This document shows positions 50,701 through 62,546 of a stretch of 64,000 nt of DNA, piece by piece (position 1 is the stretch's first letter; every line of letters begins with the position of its first letter). This DNA comes from Tubulanus polymorphus (taxonomy: Eukaryota > Animalia > Nemertea). The stretch covers positions 9,890,485 through 9,954,484 of the forward strand of contig NC_134027.1 in NCBI RefSeq assembly GCF_964204645.1. Reading direction: 5' to 3'. The position numbers were made by a program, and so were the translations under genes. The notes under the pieces were generated by a model that saw nothing but the letters and a program-made list of their open reading frames with translations, did no database searches and had not been told where the DNA came from.

Positions 50701-53099
50701 GAAATGAGGTTCGGACCCTCAAAGAGACAAGAATTTAGCGACGGTTCCCCTGAACTCGCATCCATCACGATTCTGACTGGGGTTGTTTCACTATCCCTGA
50801 GTACGGGGAAGTGCGGCATGAAATGACTATCATGTTTCGATTCATTGATCGATTTTCCAGTTTCTGAAACGTAACCTTTCCGAATGTTTTCGTCCATTAC
50901 CGCACAATATGCGTCAACGAGATTCAATCGACGTAATCGGTTGACCACTTGTTTCAAACGAGACTGACATAATTCGATATTATTACTTAAGACCGGGTGG
51001 TCTGGTTTCCATGGCAATGGAACGGCGTACCGGCCATCTTTGAATTCGATTTTATCTGCATAATCTTTGAGAAAAATTTCATTGTACTCACGTTCCTCTT
51101 GGTCGTTTCCGCACGGTATAGTAAAGACATTTTTCCTGACGAACTCTGTGTATTCCTGTTGAATACTATCCGTTTCACGCGTACTATATGACTCGATAAG
51201 ATCCGACTTCACTGTTGCTGAGTTGAGAACGTTTCTGACCTTTGGTTCGAGAGGTCCTGAGATAATGCATCCTAATACAGAGTGCTGAACAATCGGCGTT
51301 GTATCACAATTAAGTTCTCCCTCCAAGAACAAATAAGCAAAATCCTGACCAAGCAGGATTTCGACTGATAATTCCTCTCCACTGAAACTGTCCGCCAATT
51401 CCAGATTCGCGATATGTGGTAGCTTCGTAGCTTCGATCCATCCGCTTTGATTGATATCGGTAACAATCCGATCTTTGACTATAACGTCCATGACAATCCA
51501 ACCTATTTTGGTCCTGACTTTAAGTTCTACTACGTCGTACCATTGAGCTTGCGTCACATGACCTCCGAATCCGTGTACTTCTCTCAACTTTTTGCCGATA
51601 ATCAACAATCCTAAACTGTCGACTACTTTGCGGGTCACGTACGTATCATGACTACCTCGATCCAGCAACAGTCCCTGATTATGTAACTGTTTATTGTTGT
51701 CGATATTGCCCAAAGTAACACGTGCAGTTTCCAATAACACGATGTCATTGGTGCCTGTTGAAACTGCGCTGGTCACTTCCGGTGTGACGAACGACACTTC
51801 CGACTGTCCCCTGTTGCCTAATAGCACAACTGGCACGCTCCTTTCAGATATGGTTACCATTTGCTGTTTCGTTTGATAGCGATTCTGATTCTGATTTTCT
51901 CCTCTGTTATTGTCCAATGAACGAAAGTATTCGTGCAGACTGGTATGATGCCTTCGTTTGCATTCTCGACATGATTTCGTATTACGACATTCCGTTTTAC
52001 GATGGTTATTTCCTAAGCAATTGAAGCATTTTTGTTCTTCACTAACCCTCTTGCCTCTTTCCGCCGGGGATAGAGGACATTCCCATGTCTTGTGGTTCCC
52101 TGAACAGATTCTACAACTGGTATCCCGTGTAAAGGCTACCAGCCCCGCCGCGGTCCCGGTTCTTGGTCTGATATTTGATTGTTGGTGTATTCTGTGGTTT
52201 TGGTTCTGTTCCTGATTGCCTCTCTCACCCATATTATCTAATTCCTCCGTGAACGCATTCATGAATTTTTCGATGTTGAATTTTGTCGTTTGGTCACAGG
52301 TCCCCATACGATCTAGGATTGGCTTAGGAATTTTCCGTTCCAAAATTGGTACAAGTAACGCCGAACATTCTGCACTATCTACTCCCAAATTCTCGAGAGA
52401 TCGAATGTGTCCCTTCACGGTAAATAAAAATTGGTTCAAGGCCATATAATTGTTGGCTGGTGGGGTGAGGTCCAAAATTTCGTTGACGTGGGCGCGAATT
52501 ACTTTTCTCGGTTGTCCGAATCTGTCCTTTAAAATTGATACGATTGTTGACAAATTCTCTCCTGATGCGTGGATTCCAACCATGGCATCTGCCGCTGTTC
52601 CACGAAGTTGTCCGGTGATGTAATTAAATTTTGTGATGTCGCAATAATCACCGTTCATGACGTCGGCTTCCATCGTTTGCCAAAAAGAAGCCCATTTTGT
52701 GGGTGTTCCATCGAATGTCGGCAGCTTGATTTTCGGTAATTGCGCTGTTTTTTTTGTTGGTCTACTATCATCGTTGTTTGATTCCGTTTTCGTTGTGTTC
52801 GAATCTAGGAATGCTTTTATGCGCATCAGCGTCACCCTCTGTTCAGTTCGCGATTTTTTAGATGTTGATATTTCGTTAGCATAATCCGGTTCTTTTATAG
52901 AGAGGGCTTCGATTTTGTCGCTTAAATCCAGACATGTCTCGTATGTATCTCTCATTTCCTCCATTCTCGCCTCGAGCTCGGAGAATTCCTCCGTTGAATG
53001 CGTTTTTTTCTTCATAATCTTGTTGATTGCCGAATACTCCTCATCGAATAACCCTTGAAGGGTTGTCCGTTTCGTTTTGAGTGAAACTAAGTCTTCCAT
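47730..53099 (-). CDS. BEL/Pao Gag-Pol polyprotein, 1789 aa
   Basis: Domain order: gag (LPTFDG...W..FW), three Cys/His knuckles (CRICSGNHKTWEC, CFNCLGNNHRKTEC, CRECKRRHHTSLH), protease LLDRGS, RT (DIARAFL, FGNVSSPF, YVDN), RNase H (FCDA...PKLEL...TDSEI), integrase (HHCC, IDF/TDNA/E), C-terminal GDVVLI...W.LG.I domain. Confidence 0.97.
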   Translation of the reverse strand: MEDLVSLKTKRTTLQGLFDEEYSAINKIMKKKTHSTEEFSELEARMEEMRDTYETCLDLSDKIEALSIKEPDYANEISTSKKSRTEQRVTLMRIKAFLDSNTTKTESNNDDSRPTKKTAQLPKIKLPTFDGTPTKWASFWQTMEADVMNGDYCDITKFNYITGQLRGTAADAMVGIHASGENLSTIVSILKDRFGQPRKVIRAHVNEILDLTPPANNYMALNQFLFTVKGHIRSLENLGVDSAECSALLVPILERKIPKPILDRMGTCDQTTKFNIEKFMNAFTEELDNMGERGNQEQNQNHRIHQQSNIRPRTGTAAGLVAFTRDTSCRICSGNHKTWECPLSPAERGKRVSEEQKCFNCLGNNHRKTECRNTKSCRECKRRHHTSLHEYFRSLDNNRGENQNQNRYQTKQQMVTISERSVPVVLLGNRGQSEVSFVTPEVTSAVSTGTNDIVLLETARVTLGNIDNNKQLHNQGLLLDRGSHDTYVTRKVVDSLGLLIIGKKLREVHGFGGHVTQAQWYDVVELKVRTKIGWIVMDVIVKDRIVTDINQSGWIEATKLPHIANLELADSFSGEELSVEILLGQDFAYLFLEGELNCDTTPIVQHSVLGCIISGPLEPKVRNVLNSATVKSDLIESYSTRETDSIQQEYTEFVRKNVFTIPCGNDQEEREYNEIFLKDYADKIEFKDGRYAVPLPWKPDHPVLSNNIELCQSRLKQVVNRLRRLNLVDAYCAVMDENIRKGYVSETGKSINESKHDSHFMPHFPVLRDSETTPVRIVMDASSGEPSLNSCLFEGPNLISDLSELLLLFRSRKIGLVADIARAFLSISLLEEDRKFVQFLWYENNDITKRIVPYRCNTVIFGNVSSPFALGITLKKHLDSYGDCTVARDLAGKLYVDNLITAVDNSELAIDYYQKTLEIMQDGAFLMRQWASNEPKINQRFQDENNGTKSEIVSLLGLKWNSTTDSISLANKNVQAGDYSITKRSVLSKSSAIYDPLGLVGPLGSKSKAFLQKLWLLNKDWDEELTSDEQLEWAEISRDLSQSHGFGIPRWLGFDRNVPINFVVFCDACPKTALGCVAYATQGDTVRLIGSKNRIVSQKTPNSNTVPKLELQAMALGASYGHSLKEIYQKEFNVVNTFYLTDSEIALYWLQSDKKLKQFVKNRVDSIKQVSDLDCWYHVTTEENAADILSRGATLSQLQQSVWFDGPDWLKEDRSAWPISSVGSKTATHVCMFTAGTEINNDFTSGIAHIIDISTFKDFNKLMRTTARVRKAFTNLSSTAISTADLNNAVELWVRTTQQQYYGDVVEYLTGKSTKKPAIVHQLGLQLDRAGLIRCAGRLGHADVTEQQKQPYLIPTYSKLTELIINKQHENVFHYGVGMTIVKIRKKYWIPQIRSRVKKLLQQCVTCKRIQGRNYQPPETPPLPGFRLNYDTPFNATAIDFTGHVTVSTGVTYVKRYIALFCCCATRAIHLEVVKDMSVESYLRAFRRFCAAQSTPRILYTDNAKTFISGEAEIKRLLTIACDTKAQKLYTERLIKFIYPPAQAPWMAGVHERCIGTVKSAMKKVLGKTMVTEEEFQTLLKEIQCEVNNRPMTYINEDIHDLEPISPNKLIYGRDLQIIPNESIDSDDDQDYTLSDNQLKTVADRRARILENFKRRFQDEYLATLRQQHAYERGKHKKPTRVNNGDVVLINDKNEPRRKWKLGIITQAHIGSDGFVRSATVRTKNGVTRRPIAKLAPIGVKLDEPNDAIGKARDTEAGTRPKKLPRRAAEKAREKIRNQIQARDSDDED

Positions 53100-53110
53100 T
53101 GCGTTGTGTT

Positions 53111-53128
53111 ATCCTGGTCACGGCACCA
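53111..53128 (-). other. Primer-binding site complementary to the tRNA-His 3' end
   Basis: TGGTGCCGTGACCAGGAT directly after the 5' LTR, complementary to ...ATCCTGGTCACGGCA-CCA of invertebrate tRNA-His(GUG). Confidence 0.85.
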
Positions 53129-53304
53129 TGTGAGATTTACGGGCCCAAACCCGGAGCTGTGATAGACTGCTTCACGAATACCGAACCTAACGCTGTGAAT
53201 TCTATACTACAACTGACTTTATTGTTCTCATGAAAATGTTACAGTGCTAAAGATCGACAAGGGTCGCTTCAACTGGGTCGACTTAAGGTCGACTGTCTCT
53301 GACA
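53129..53304 (-). repeat. 5' LTR of the BEL/Pao element
   Basis: 176 bp, identical by eye to 47176-47351. Contains AATAAA on the element's sense strand. Confidence 0.96.
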
Positions 53305-54289
53305 GTCGTCGTCGATCTCTCGATCCCATTGTGAAACGCTCTGAGGACTCCTGCCGATTCTCAGGAGGCTTTATGTACATGTGTGTGTGTGTGTTTGTTG
53401 GAACACCACGTGTTGCTGTATAGTGTGTAATTTCTGTCATAGTTATGACGATAGCCGAACTCAAACTAGATGACCGGCGTTCATTACGTATTGCACCTGT
53501 GACAAAGTCGACTACGGTTTTCGGTCTTCGATATCGGGAACGGCAGTTATAAACTTAAAGAGGCCCATTCCAGTTCAGGTTCGGATTTTGGGCTGGTCTC
53601 AGGGGTCCGGAACCCTGCTTTCCCATTGAAGTTACCCTTTTTTGCCAGGACTGAGATTGTTGATGCCTGCAAATTTGACTTCCATCCTCTCGGAAGTGTC
53701 ATCTTTTAGGATGTATTTCTACCTAATATGCCTATCCCTAGATAGAGGGACCCCACTAAATGCCTTGGAATGGGATCCTTCATCCGAAAAAATGACTTTT
53801 CTTTTCTTCTGGACTCCTGCCTTCCAATTTCCTAGATCCGCTCCTAAATGGAACCTGTTCTCATATATTCCTAGTCACCTGAAGGAACCTTGTGCAATAC
53901 TCAATCAACTAATTGATAAAAGCAACGTAGAAACAACATTTTTCATTTTGGTTCATTGGCTTGTCTAACGGTCCATCCTGGAAAAAGTTGTTGTTGATGG
54001 TGTGCTTAGTATCTCATGAGAAGCCATCTTCCAAAGTTTCTTCATACCTTTCCAATATTCATGAATAGATTATATGGTTGCCATCTTCTTACCTTTCCTC
54101 TATGTTAGTTACCCTAAGGTATTGAAGAAAAATAATCAACCAGGATTTTTCAATTAAAAAGCTGTTTTTCATCATGTTTACATTATTGCGATTACCGATA
54201 TTAAGAAATTAGGTTTTATTTCGATGCTTTCATGTTTATGCTTATCGTGTACACTTAACTAATAATTGACATTTTTCATTTACTTTCAG

Positions 54290-54429
54290 GAAAATGTTGA
54301 GTATGTCTTTCTAATAATATTTACCGTAGAAGCAATCATGAAGATAATAGCGTATGGATTTGTGATGCATCAAGGTGCCTATCTTCGTAATGGTTGGAAT
54401 TTGCTAGATTTTGTTATAGTAGTTATTGG
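54290..54429 (+). CDS. Cav1 exon 4, IS2-IS3 ([47 protein letters not shown])
   Basis: TACTTTCAG acceptor, GG|GTAAGT donor, YLRNGWN..DF motif. Phases 0/2. Confidence 0.97.
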
Positions 54430-55597
54430 GTAAGTTATAACACACGAACGGCGTATGCCAGGGCTTGGTATTAAGACCTCATCTTAACTTAGCTTCTGTG
54501 AATATATCCCCCGATCAGTCACATTTTTTCTACTCGGATGCATTTTCGAGTTTCCGTGTTCCTTTCTGGATAGATCTTGCCGTTTCCATAAAGTTTGATT
54601 CGGCAAGCCAGTGCTCGGCGTTTTATTTCCAGTTCGCATGCGTTGCCTTTTCCAACGCAATATGCTTGTCTGTAGTTGTTTACAGTGACTCTGCTCCCCG
54701 TGGCAGTCCATCAATTTACATGATGATATTTGATTGTAGTAGTATGGTGTGATGGATCCCGGCGCAATTTTATTGTCCTTCTGAGGCCCAAGACAAACAT
54801 TGTATTTCCTGAAATGTTGCTATGAAGCCCCGTGGCTAATGAATCTGATAGCGTCCATTAGTTTTCATCAGACTAATATATATCTGAGTTGAGGTTTGAT
54901 TTACAAGGTTTTTCAAACCTGAAGTACTGTAAGTCATCAACTGTTTTTGATTAAAACTTCGTGTAGTTTATGACTTAATCTTGGAGTCAGAAATGTTTGC
55001 GCATACCAGATGCAGATTGATCTCAATAGTGGCATCATCAAACATGTTTATTACGTTTCACACATCCTGTAAGTTTCTAGTTCCAAGGTGTTGATGGTTA
55101 CTTCTAATGGAGATGTACAATTTTTACAACGAAGATAATCCAGTATCGAACACCTATATTCAGTCCTGATCCAGCAGAACGAACTGAAACTAGGCATTGT
55201 TATTACTAATGAAAGTTTTTCTAAAATTAAGGAAAATGCAATTTATGGGCTTTGATTTTCTGTTGTAGGGCCACTGAACTTGGTATTTTTCACCAAAATC
55301 GACTGTATCATATCCCATTGAATATTATATAAGCATCCTTGATAACTTGGTCGCACTGTCACCAAGGGCCTCTTGCAATCTGTCACCCATGCAGCAGCAT
55401 TACAATCAAATTCTATCAGTTCTGTGAGGCATATATCCATATATACAATACACAATATGTCATTGATAGACAACTTGCATGATTGTTTCAGCTGTCTTTG
55501 AATTAGAATTACTGAATTCTAGTGTCGTTCAGTATAAATCTATGTACATTCATAATCATGATGCCGGCACCTCCAAAAGCACCTGGCTTTAGACACA

Positions 55598-55810
55598 CTG
55601 CGATCATAATTTTGGAGATAATTTTGGCCAAGCCAAATTGGCACATACCAGGTCTGAGTCAAATTCGGCCTGTGCCTAATTAGAGAGCGCGTTCACCACT
55701 CACTCGTTGCTAAACAATGCTTAGATTAAAGCGATATTAGCCACTTCCGGTGCCAATTGCAATTCACGCACAATTATTTGACCCTTGCTAGGATAGATTG
55801 GGCCCAGGCC
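55598..55810 (-). mobile_element. MITE family A copy, reverse orientation, partial
   Basis: Reverse-complement core (gtgcctaattagagagcgcgttcac...aaacaatgctta...cacttccgg). Confidence 0.7.
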
Positions 55811-57253
55811 AATAAGTGCATTTGCAATTACTGCTATAAAACCACCAATTGAAAATCCATGCCAGCGCCCTGTTTAGCTGCGTGATAGGTAATCTGTACA
55901 CCTTTCGAGGAAGTTGTTGCTGCTGACTCGGACGAGAACCATTTCTGTATTATATGAAATGATAGGTTTTGTTTCACAGACAGATATTTCAGTAATTCCT
56001 ATTATTACCTATTTGCGAATCATAGATTTGTTCTCTTACAGTAACCTGATTCAACAATTTACTACACTTAGTCGCGTTTATGACAGAAATCCCACTTGTT
56101 TCCATGTTTTCGCAATGGTTCAATTGATCGTTAGTTAGCTACTACAGGGTTTTATACTCTAATGACACTTTCATACCCCTTGTATGGCGATCATAAGCTG
56201 GATCGTTGTACTCGTACCACGAATGTTTAAGCAGATCCAAATGGAGCGTAGATTTGCAGTTATTTTGAATAGCTAATCAAATCTGATCTCTGGTCCGGTA
56301 TCAATCACTTACGTGGAGATGAAATGTTGTTGATTGAACATGTTTTTCTAGCTAGGATTGGCAGATCTTTTTGATTAGTTTTCAATATATGTATATCACT
56401 CATGATTCAAGAAATAAATGAAAAAGCTGAAATTTTTTGCAAAGGCACCAACTGATCTAATACAGTAGATTTCTAGGATAAACCTGGTGTTTTGGTTGGC
56501 ACTCTTGTTGCTATGAAATCTATCTAATCATACCCAGGGTAAATTTTAAGACCGCTTTTAGCTGTGAAGCTTTTCGTTCGCCTCCTATGATGATGATACA
56601 ATTATGATTATGATTGTTGAGTAAATTTGTTGAAATGGTCATGTGTTATGGACGAGATTGGCTCATCTTTTTAGGAGTCATTCAAGGTGAGATTATTGCT
56701 AACGATCTTGTCAACTATTCAATAGAAAGTCTTCAAATCCGATATCTATGGAATATCATGATTTGGAGGGAGAGGTAGACACTTCCATATCGATATAGCC
56801 TTGGTGTCGTTGGTCCGTAGCACGGACTACATCTTCCCATCCAGTACAAATTTGCATGAAGCGAATGGATATAAAGTATTTTGTCGACATAGATTTGTTG
56901 TCTCATTTTGAATGAGTGGCAGCTGAATAATGTATCGGCCTCTGAATATTTAAACTTCTAACATGCTGCGATCGTTTCTCTGGAGAATCGTTTCGTGTGA
57001 ATGTAACGGAATATTTTCATGAAGAAGAGATGACACCGAACATGTTCGGATAAGGACTGACGCCGGCACTGGATGTTGCCTTTCACTCGTAATGTTATCT
57101 ACCTAACGTTGGTTTTCCCCTGGGAAATGCCGACTCATTTCCCTTTCAATGGTATCCAATACAGCCATATGTAAATTTCAAATTAACGATCGCCGAAAAG
57201 ATCGTTGACAAAATCTGATCCGTCTAACGTTTGTTTTGTTTGTTTCTTTTCAG

Positions 57254-57360
57254 CCTTATAAGTATTCTATTAACTTTATTAGACATGCAAAATTTTGATG
57301 TCAAAGCACTGAGGGCTTTCAGGGTGTTGCGGCCATTACGTTTAGTATCAGGAGTACCTA
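57254..57360 (+). CDS. Cav1 exon 5, IS4 voltage sensor ([36 protein letters not shown])
   Basis: Canonical [23 protein letters not shown]4 sequence. TTTTCAG and GTAAGT sites. Confidence 0.97.
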
Positions 57361-57872
57361 GTAAGTATGATGAGCTGTTTGTTTCATTACCTCCGCGTCT
57401 GTTGATAGGTCGAGGCAATCCTTTCGGAAAATAAAATAATGCCGACATAAATTCAGTTTTATTTTCCTCTGAAAGATTGCATTTCGACTGCAATATTTGA
57501 CAAAAAATTGTCTACAAATCATGTCTGCTGTGCTATTTGAGTCTTGCCGCCCATCTCCCCATTCATGAAATTCTGCTAATGTCCATTTTGTGTATGAACG
57601 CAATCACCTGCTCGGCTCTGTGAGGGCTGTGAACAAAATTAACTCCCCGTGGGAGAATTCATAATGTATATATGCATCCATAAATTCGCTTTGAAATATA
57701 GCTGCAAAGCAGTGATAACAGGTTTTTTGCTGCACGTGACATTTTTTACTCATCTTTAGTGGGCATAGGTCGACTCACGACTACTTGCGCCTGACGAGAT
57801 TTGTTGCAAATGAGTGCTTAGGTCGACTCTGATACAATCATCAGCAACAGCGGAATATATTGAGTATTTTTT

Positions 57873-58104
57873 AACACACCTTAGTAACATGTAGTAATAT
57901 ATATGTCACGATTGTTGTTATAGACTTATAGTGAAAAGTGAAAAGTGTCCAGGAAAAAGAAAAATGTGCAATAATTACAATAATCAAGGAAATAACGATA
58001 GGCAAACTATTATACATTTTTCTCTTTTCTTGACACTTTCTACTATATAAGTCTATAACATCAATTGTGATATATCACTACATGTAGTAGTACTAAGGTG
58101 TGTT
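57873..58104. repeat. ~230-bp imperfect foldback
   Basis: aacacaccttagta...tgttatagacttata...gaaaagtgtc pairs with gacactttc...tataagtctataaca...tactaaggtgtgtt. Confidence 0.8.
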
Positions 58105-58604
58105 TACAAATATATAAATTCAGTCTTTTAATATTGCTAGAACAAGTCGTAGGACATCGTAGTTAGTCAAACATATCTAGATTCGAGATCACAAAACCGA
58201 TATCTTGATATATATATCTGCGTCTAATGCGGAAGTCCCTGCGATCAAAAAATTGGGATAATATTTTCACAGATGTGTTGCCATAATGCGATATATATGC
58301 GCATGTGTCCTGCAGGAACTGTCGCGTTATCGATGCACCTCCTCCTCCTCCTCTTCGTTCGGTTGTTTCGCCTCGGGCTTACGAAGCTTATAACATTAGC
58401 TGCGCTTAATATAAATAGCGTTTTATTAACCATCTCATCCAGCACGTTTGCCGATAACGGGGGCCTCGCCCAAAATGCATCGCCGGAGACTTGCTCTTAT
58501 TGGCGAGAAATCAATAATTATCCTAATATCGATTTTTCAATTGATATTTCGAACTTCAGATGATAGAGCGAACATATCGTACAACTGATGGATCTTAATT
58601 TTCA

Positions 58605-58945
58605 TTATAATGATGATGATAATTGACATTTATATAGCGCAGGTATCCTAACCAGAGTGAGTTCAGATGCGCTCCAGTTTTGGTATTATTACCCCCAGCC
58701 TATTATTCTATTCCATGTATCAGTCATCTCTCCCTGGGGAGAATTAACATCCGAGCAGCTGTTAGGCTCTCAGGAGTCATGATCTATCAGGCCACGACCA
58801 ATTTACTCCTGTGTGGAGAGAGGCAATGAGGATAAGTGTCTTGCCTGAGGACACTACAGTTATGTACCGGATTCGAACCCACGATCTGGCTTCCCACAGT
58901 TGAACACTTGCAACAGCTCGAACCACTCACCTACACCGCTCGCTC
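58605..58945 (-). mobile_element. tRNA-derived SINE
   Basis: On the minus strand: A-box-like TAGGTGAGTGG, B box GGTTCGAATCC, core GTGTCCTCAGGCAAGACACTT, tail GCGCTATATAAATG followed by (ATC/ATT)n. Confidence 0.75.
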
Positions 58946-59457
58946 AAAAATGCCTCATCAATACTATGTCTATGAAAATCATTTTGAGCCCATCGTGGTC
59001 CTAGCATACTGGTGTATGGGAGTTTAAATCGAGAACTAGATGCTTCGTTACGTGATGTACGAATATTCGGATGAGATTTTGGTATCGATGGAATATCGGT
59101 GATTTGTCATCTGTGATTAATGGCGGTGTGGGACACTAGCGATATGACCTATTGGGTTGAATAACCAGTTATGGCATATGTTCCCCTGTTGTCCTTTAAT
59201 ATTTTGATGAATGGGCATTGATTAATTATATCGAATCGCATTGTCTGTTGCCGCATACATAACATGGCACGATCGTACTGGCTCACCCACAAATTGTCAA
59301 TTGGTATAGTGGTTACAGATTGCATATATTGCTGATAACTAAGAGCTGTAGATTTTGTCGACTTTGACAACATATTTTCCGTTTTGGCGCCAGATGACCA
59401 ATTACACTATTCTCTATACAGTATAACGATATGTAAACCATTTTGCTTATCCACTAT

Positions 59458-59750
59458 AGCCGCGATCACAAGGATACGATTTGGCCCGGGCCAAATTAGC
59501 ACGGATCAGTCTCGGGCCTAATTTGGCCTGTGCCTAATTAGAGAGCGTGTTCATACACAAACCATAACCATTCACTCAACCATTCACTAAACAATGCTCA
59601 AACAAAGCGAAGTGGATCATTTCCGGTGCCAGTTGCAATTCAAACACAATCATTTAGCTCGGGCCTGGTCCGGCCAAATAGGCTCGGGCCCATTTGGCAC
59701 CCATGTGAACAGTTGTTCCGGGCCAAATTTGTGCTTGTGTGATCGCAGCT
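59458..59750 (-). mobile_element. MITE family A copy with both TIRs
   Basis: AGCCGCGATCACA...TGTGATCGCAGCT termini with the shared core. Confidence 0.8.
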
Positions 59751-60098
59751 CATGTTAAAAAGAGATCGCCAGAAATGCAACGGGTTTGAGGCCCTTAAGT
59801 TGTGTCCATATGTGGTTGCAAGTTTGTATCTCAAGTGTTAGGTCCATGTACCGCAGCAAGATCCAAACAATCGCTATTAGCTATGGGAATACCAACGATA
59901 AAGAAAAAATCTATGATAACTTAACACAACATTCAGTCATTATCAATGAATAACCAATAAGACACAAAATGCAGCAGACATCTTTTACAAGACATGCCAC
60001 TTTTCATCTTCTTTTTTACTTATTCCATTAAACCGGTAAATGGTACGATTTTTGATTTTACCAATATCATTCAAAACATGAACTGTTCCTTTTTCCAG

Positions 60099-60251
60099 GT
60101 CTACAAGTAGTATTGAATTCAATCCTTCGTGCTATGGTGCCTTTGTTACACATTGCCCTGCTCGTTATCTTTGTCATGATAACATACGCAATTATAGGGC
60201 TTGAACTCTTCTCAGGGAAAATGCATAAGACTTGCTACAACAACATCACAG
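60099..60251 (+). CDS. Cav1 exon 6, IS5 ([51 protein letters not shown])
   Basis: Cav1-type [29 protein letters not shown] and GTTAGT sites. Phases 1/1. Confidence 0.97.
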
Positions 60252-60503
60252 GTTAGTAGATTGGCGAAAATTATAGTTGTCATCTTGGATGTCACTTATT
60301 TTTTATCCATTTGCTCCTTAGTTCCACACCAGTGCCAATATTCACTTTCCAACTAAGTAATAGCGGTAGTCTTGAGCTTTATTAGCTCATCTACTTCACT
60401 TTCGATATTAAATATTTAAATATTTTTGTGTGAACGTATATTACCTTTCATATGATTTTAATCAGCTTTTCACCGAGACTTTTTCTCGTAACTTACATTC
60501 CAG

Positions 60504-60700
60504 GGGAATTAGCTTTAGAGGATCCGCACCCTTGTGGCGAACGTGGATTTAGTTGCGAAAAGTTTGATAACAAATCTGTGTGTCGCGAGTGGTGGCCGGG
60601 ACCGAATGATGGAATAACCAACTTCGACAACTTTGGATTAGCTATGTTGACCGTGTTTCAGTGCATAACAATGGAAGGCTGGACGAATGTCCTATACAAT
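60504..60700 (+). CDS. Cav1 exon 7, domain I turret and pore loop (...[34 protein letters not shown])
   Basis: Selectivity-filter TMEGW motif. TTCCAG and GTAAGT sites. Phases 1/0. Confidence 0.97.
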
Positions 60701-61284
60701 GTAAGTAACGGGGGATCTGAGGGGCCACAATCCCAAGTTAATTTCAGCGTAACGTTATGCGTTTCTGCATAAGACGGTCGACGTTTCACGCGCTGCGTTT
60801 CGGAATATAGCGAAATGATGCAAATACGAGTAATTTGAAAGCTATCGGCGTACACAAACAAGGCGTTTACCCGCGACGGATTAGCATCTCATTCGCGCTT
60901 CGCGTGTACGAAAACTTCTACGAACCGGTTCCGCCGATGTCTTCGTACATGTTCACGGGTGATTGATCGTTAAGCGTTCATCGATAAACGCACACACGTG
61001 CGATCTCGGCAGATCGTTATTGTCGTAGACATTCATTGTTGTCTCGCATTAGCGAGGATTCGAACTGATCACCAATAGCAACTGTTGGACTACCGTTGCC
61101 TATGACAATGATGCTATCAGAATCCGGAATTAATGATCATCGCATCGGAATTGTATTCTCGTTAATTTTCCTTAGCATTCTCACCTTACTCGATAAACTT
61201 TCAGTGCCTTGGGCAAATTGATGCAGTATGACCTATTGTGTAGGTCCTTCATTGTTTTCTTATGATGCCGTGAAAAAAGTCCCT

Positions 61285-61387
61285 CTCTAAAAAGTAATGG
61301 CCATCATTGATATGACATTATGATATGTAAATGTCAGACACATATATCATAATGTCATATTATAATGATGGGCATTAATTTTCAGAG
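61285..61387. repeat. ~100-bp imperfect foldback
   Basis: aatggccatcatt.atatgacattatgatatg pairs with atatcataatgtcatat..aatgatgggcatt. Confidence 0.75.
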
Positions 61388-62542
61388 CTCTAACATTCAT
61401 GTGAGGAAAGTGGTAGTTAACCCATTGACCAATTGGTCTGCCGCGCATGCCAGATCTATTTTAGCTCATTCTGCAACTGATCTCAGTTTTAAGCTTTCGC
61501 ATCCCTAAATTAGTCCAATGACCGAGCTAGATAGACTTGCGGTAAATTTTGGTTTTTGGCAAAATTTTCATTCTTCAGACTATCACTATCAAGTACTAGT
61601 TTACTAGACGTAGCCTTGCTTGCCGCAGTAGATTTTTCTGGAATTTTTACACATTGTTGGATAAGAAATAACGCCACCGCAAAAAGGATATCTCATCATG
61701 TTGCGTCGTCGATTTGTGACTTGTTTTTAATCCATCACCGCAATCTAATCATTCACTTCATTGTGGGAACGAAAATGTATTTCTTCAGTTTGCTGCTACT
61801 GCTGCTGCTGCAAGTATAGTTGACGTCACCGTTTTTATTCCATCTCCATGGCAATAAATAAACATTGGATATAGCTCAGAATTCTGCCAACGCTAAAACA
61901 TCTTAATGCCGCATCATCTTTATCATAGCAAAAAACATCTACTTTTGACAGGAATTATAAAAAAATTGATATCTTACTGTTCGTATGTGTTTCATGTTTC
62001 ATCCATGTGATTGTAATCAATAGAGAAGAAATCACAATTAGAAGCCATTGTCACATCCTTAAGGCCTTAGGAAGAAGAAATTCGAAACAAGAAACGGATT
62101 CTGTGTTTATGCGTTTCAATTTGTAGTTCACCCATGATCCCATATACACCAAAAATACAATTAGTCATAAAATTCACATACTCCTTATGTATTTTTGCTA
62201 TCATGTGATTCAACAATATTGCTGCCATTTCATTTTGTGATACTACTTGGGGCAGTGGGACGACTAAACATCGAAACGCGTAAACACAAAATCCGTTTCT
62301 TGTTTCGGTGAGCGCCAGGTGATATCGCGTCGCTACGTCGTCGTCTCGACGTGAAAGCTTTATCCCAGATTCTTCGGCACCATTACATTTCATAAAAGTT
62401 CCGTATTATCGGGGCTCATTTTCTGAGCCATTTCACATCGTTTCACCGTAATTCGTTCATTGATAACGACAAAAGCCAACAGCAGACGCGAATAACGGCG
62501 GATAGTTGCTTACCGACGCGTGCATCGATTCAGTTATTACTT

Positions 62543-62546
<4 letters not shown>

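Larger units (their letters stand above)
47176..53304 (-). mobile_element. Full-length BEL/Pao LTR retrotransposon, antisense in Cav1 intron 3
   Basis: Two 176-bp TG...CA LTRs, 5-bp TSD GTCGT (47171-47175 and 53305-53309), PBS, PPT and a single intact gag-pol ORF. Confidence 0.97.

Noticed and set aside
47824-52884. Many short ORFs overlapping the BEL polyprotein
   Set aside because: Antisense or alternate-frame shadows of a long coding sequence, with no recognisable motifs.
58860-58945. tRNA gene suggested by GGTTCGAATCC
   Set aside because: No cloverleaf. It is the head of a SINE that has a second copy at 63037-63179.
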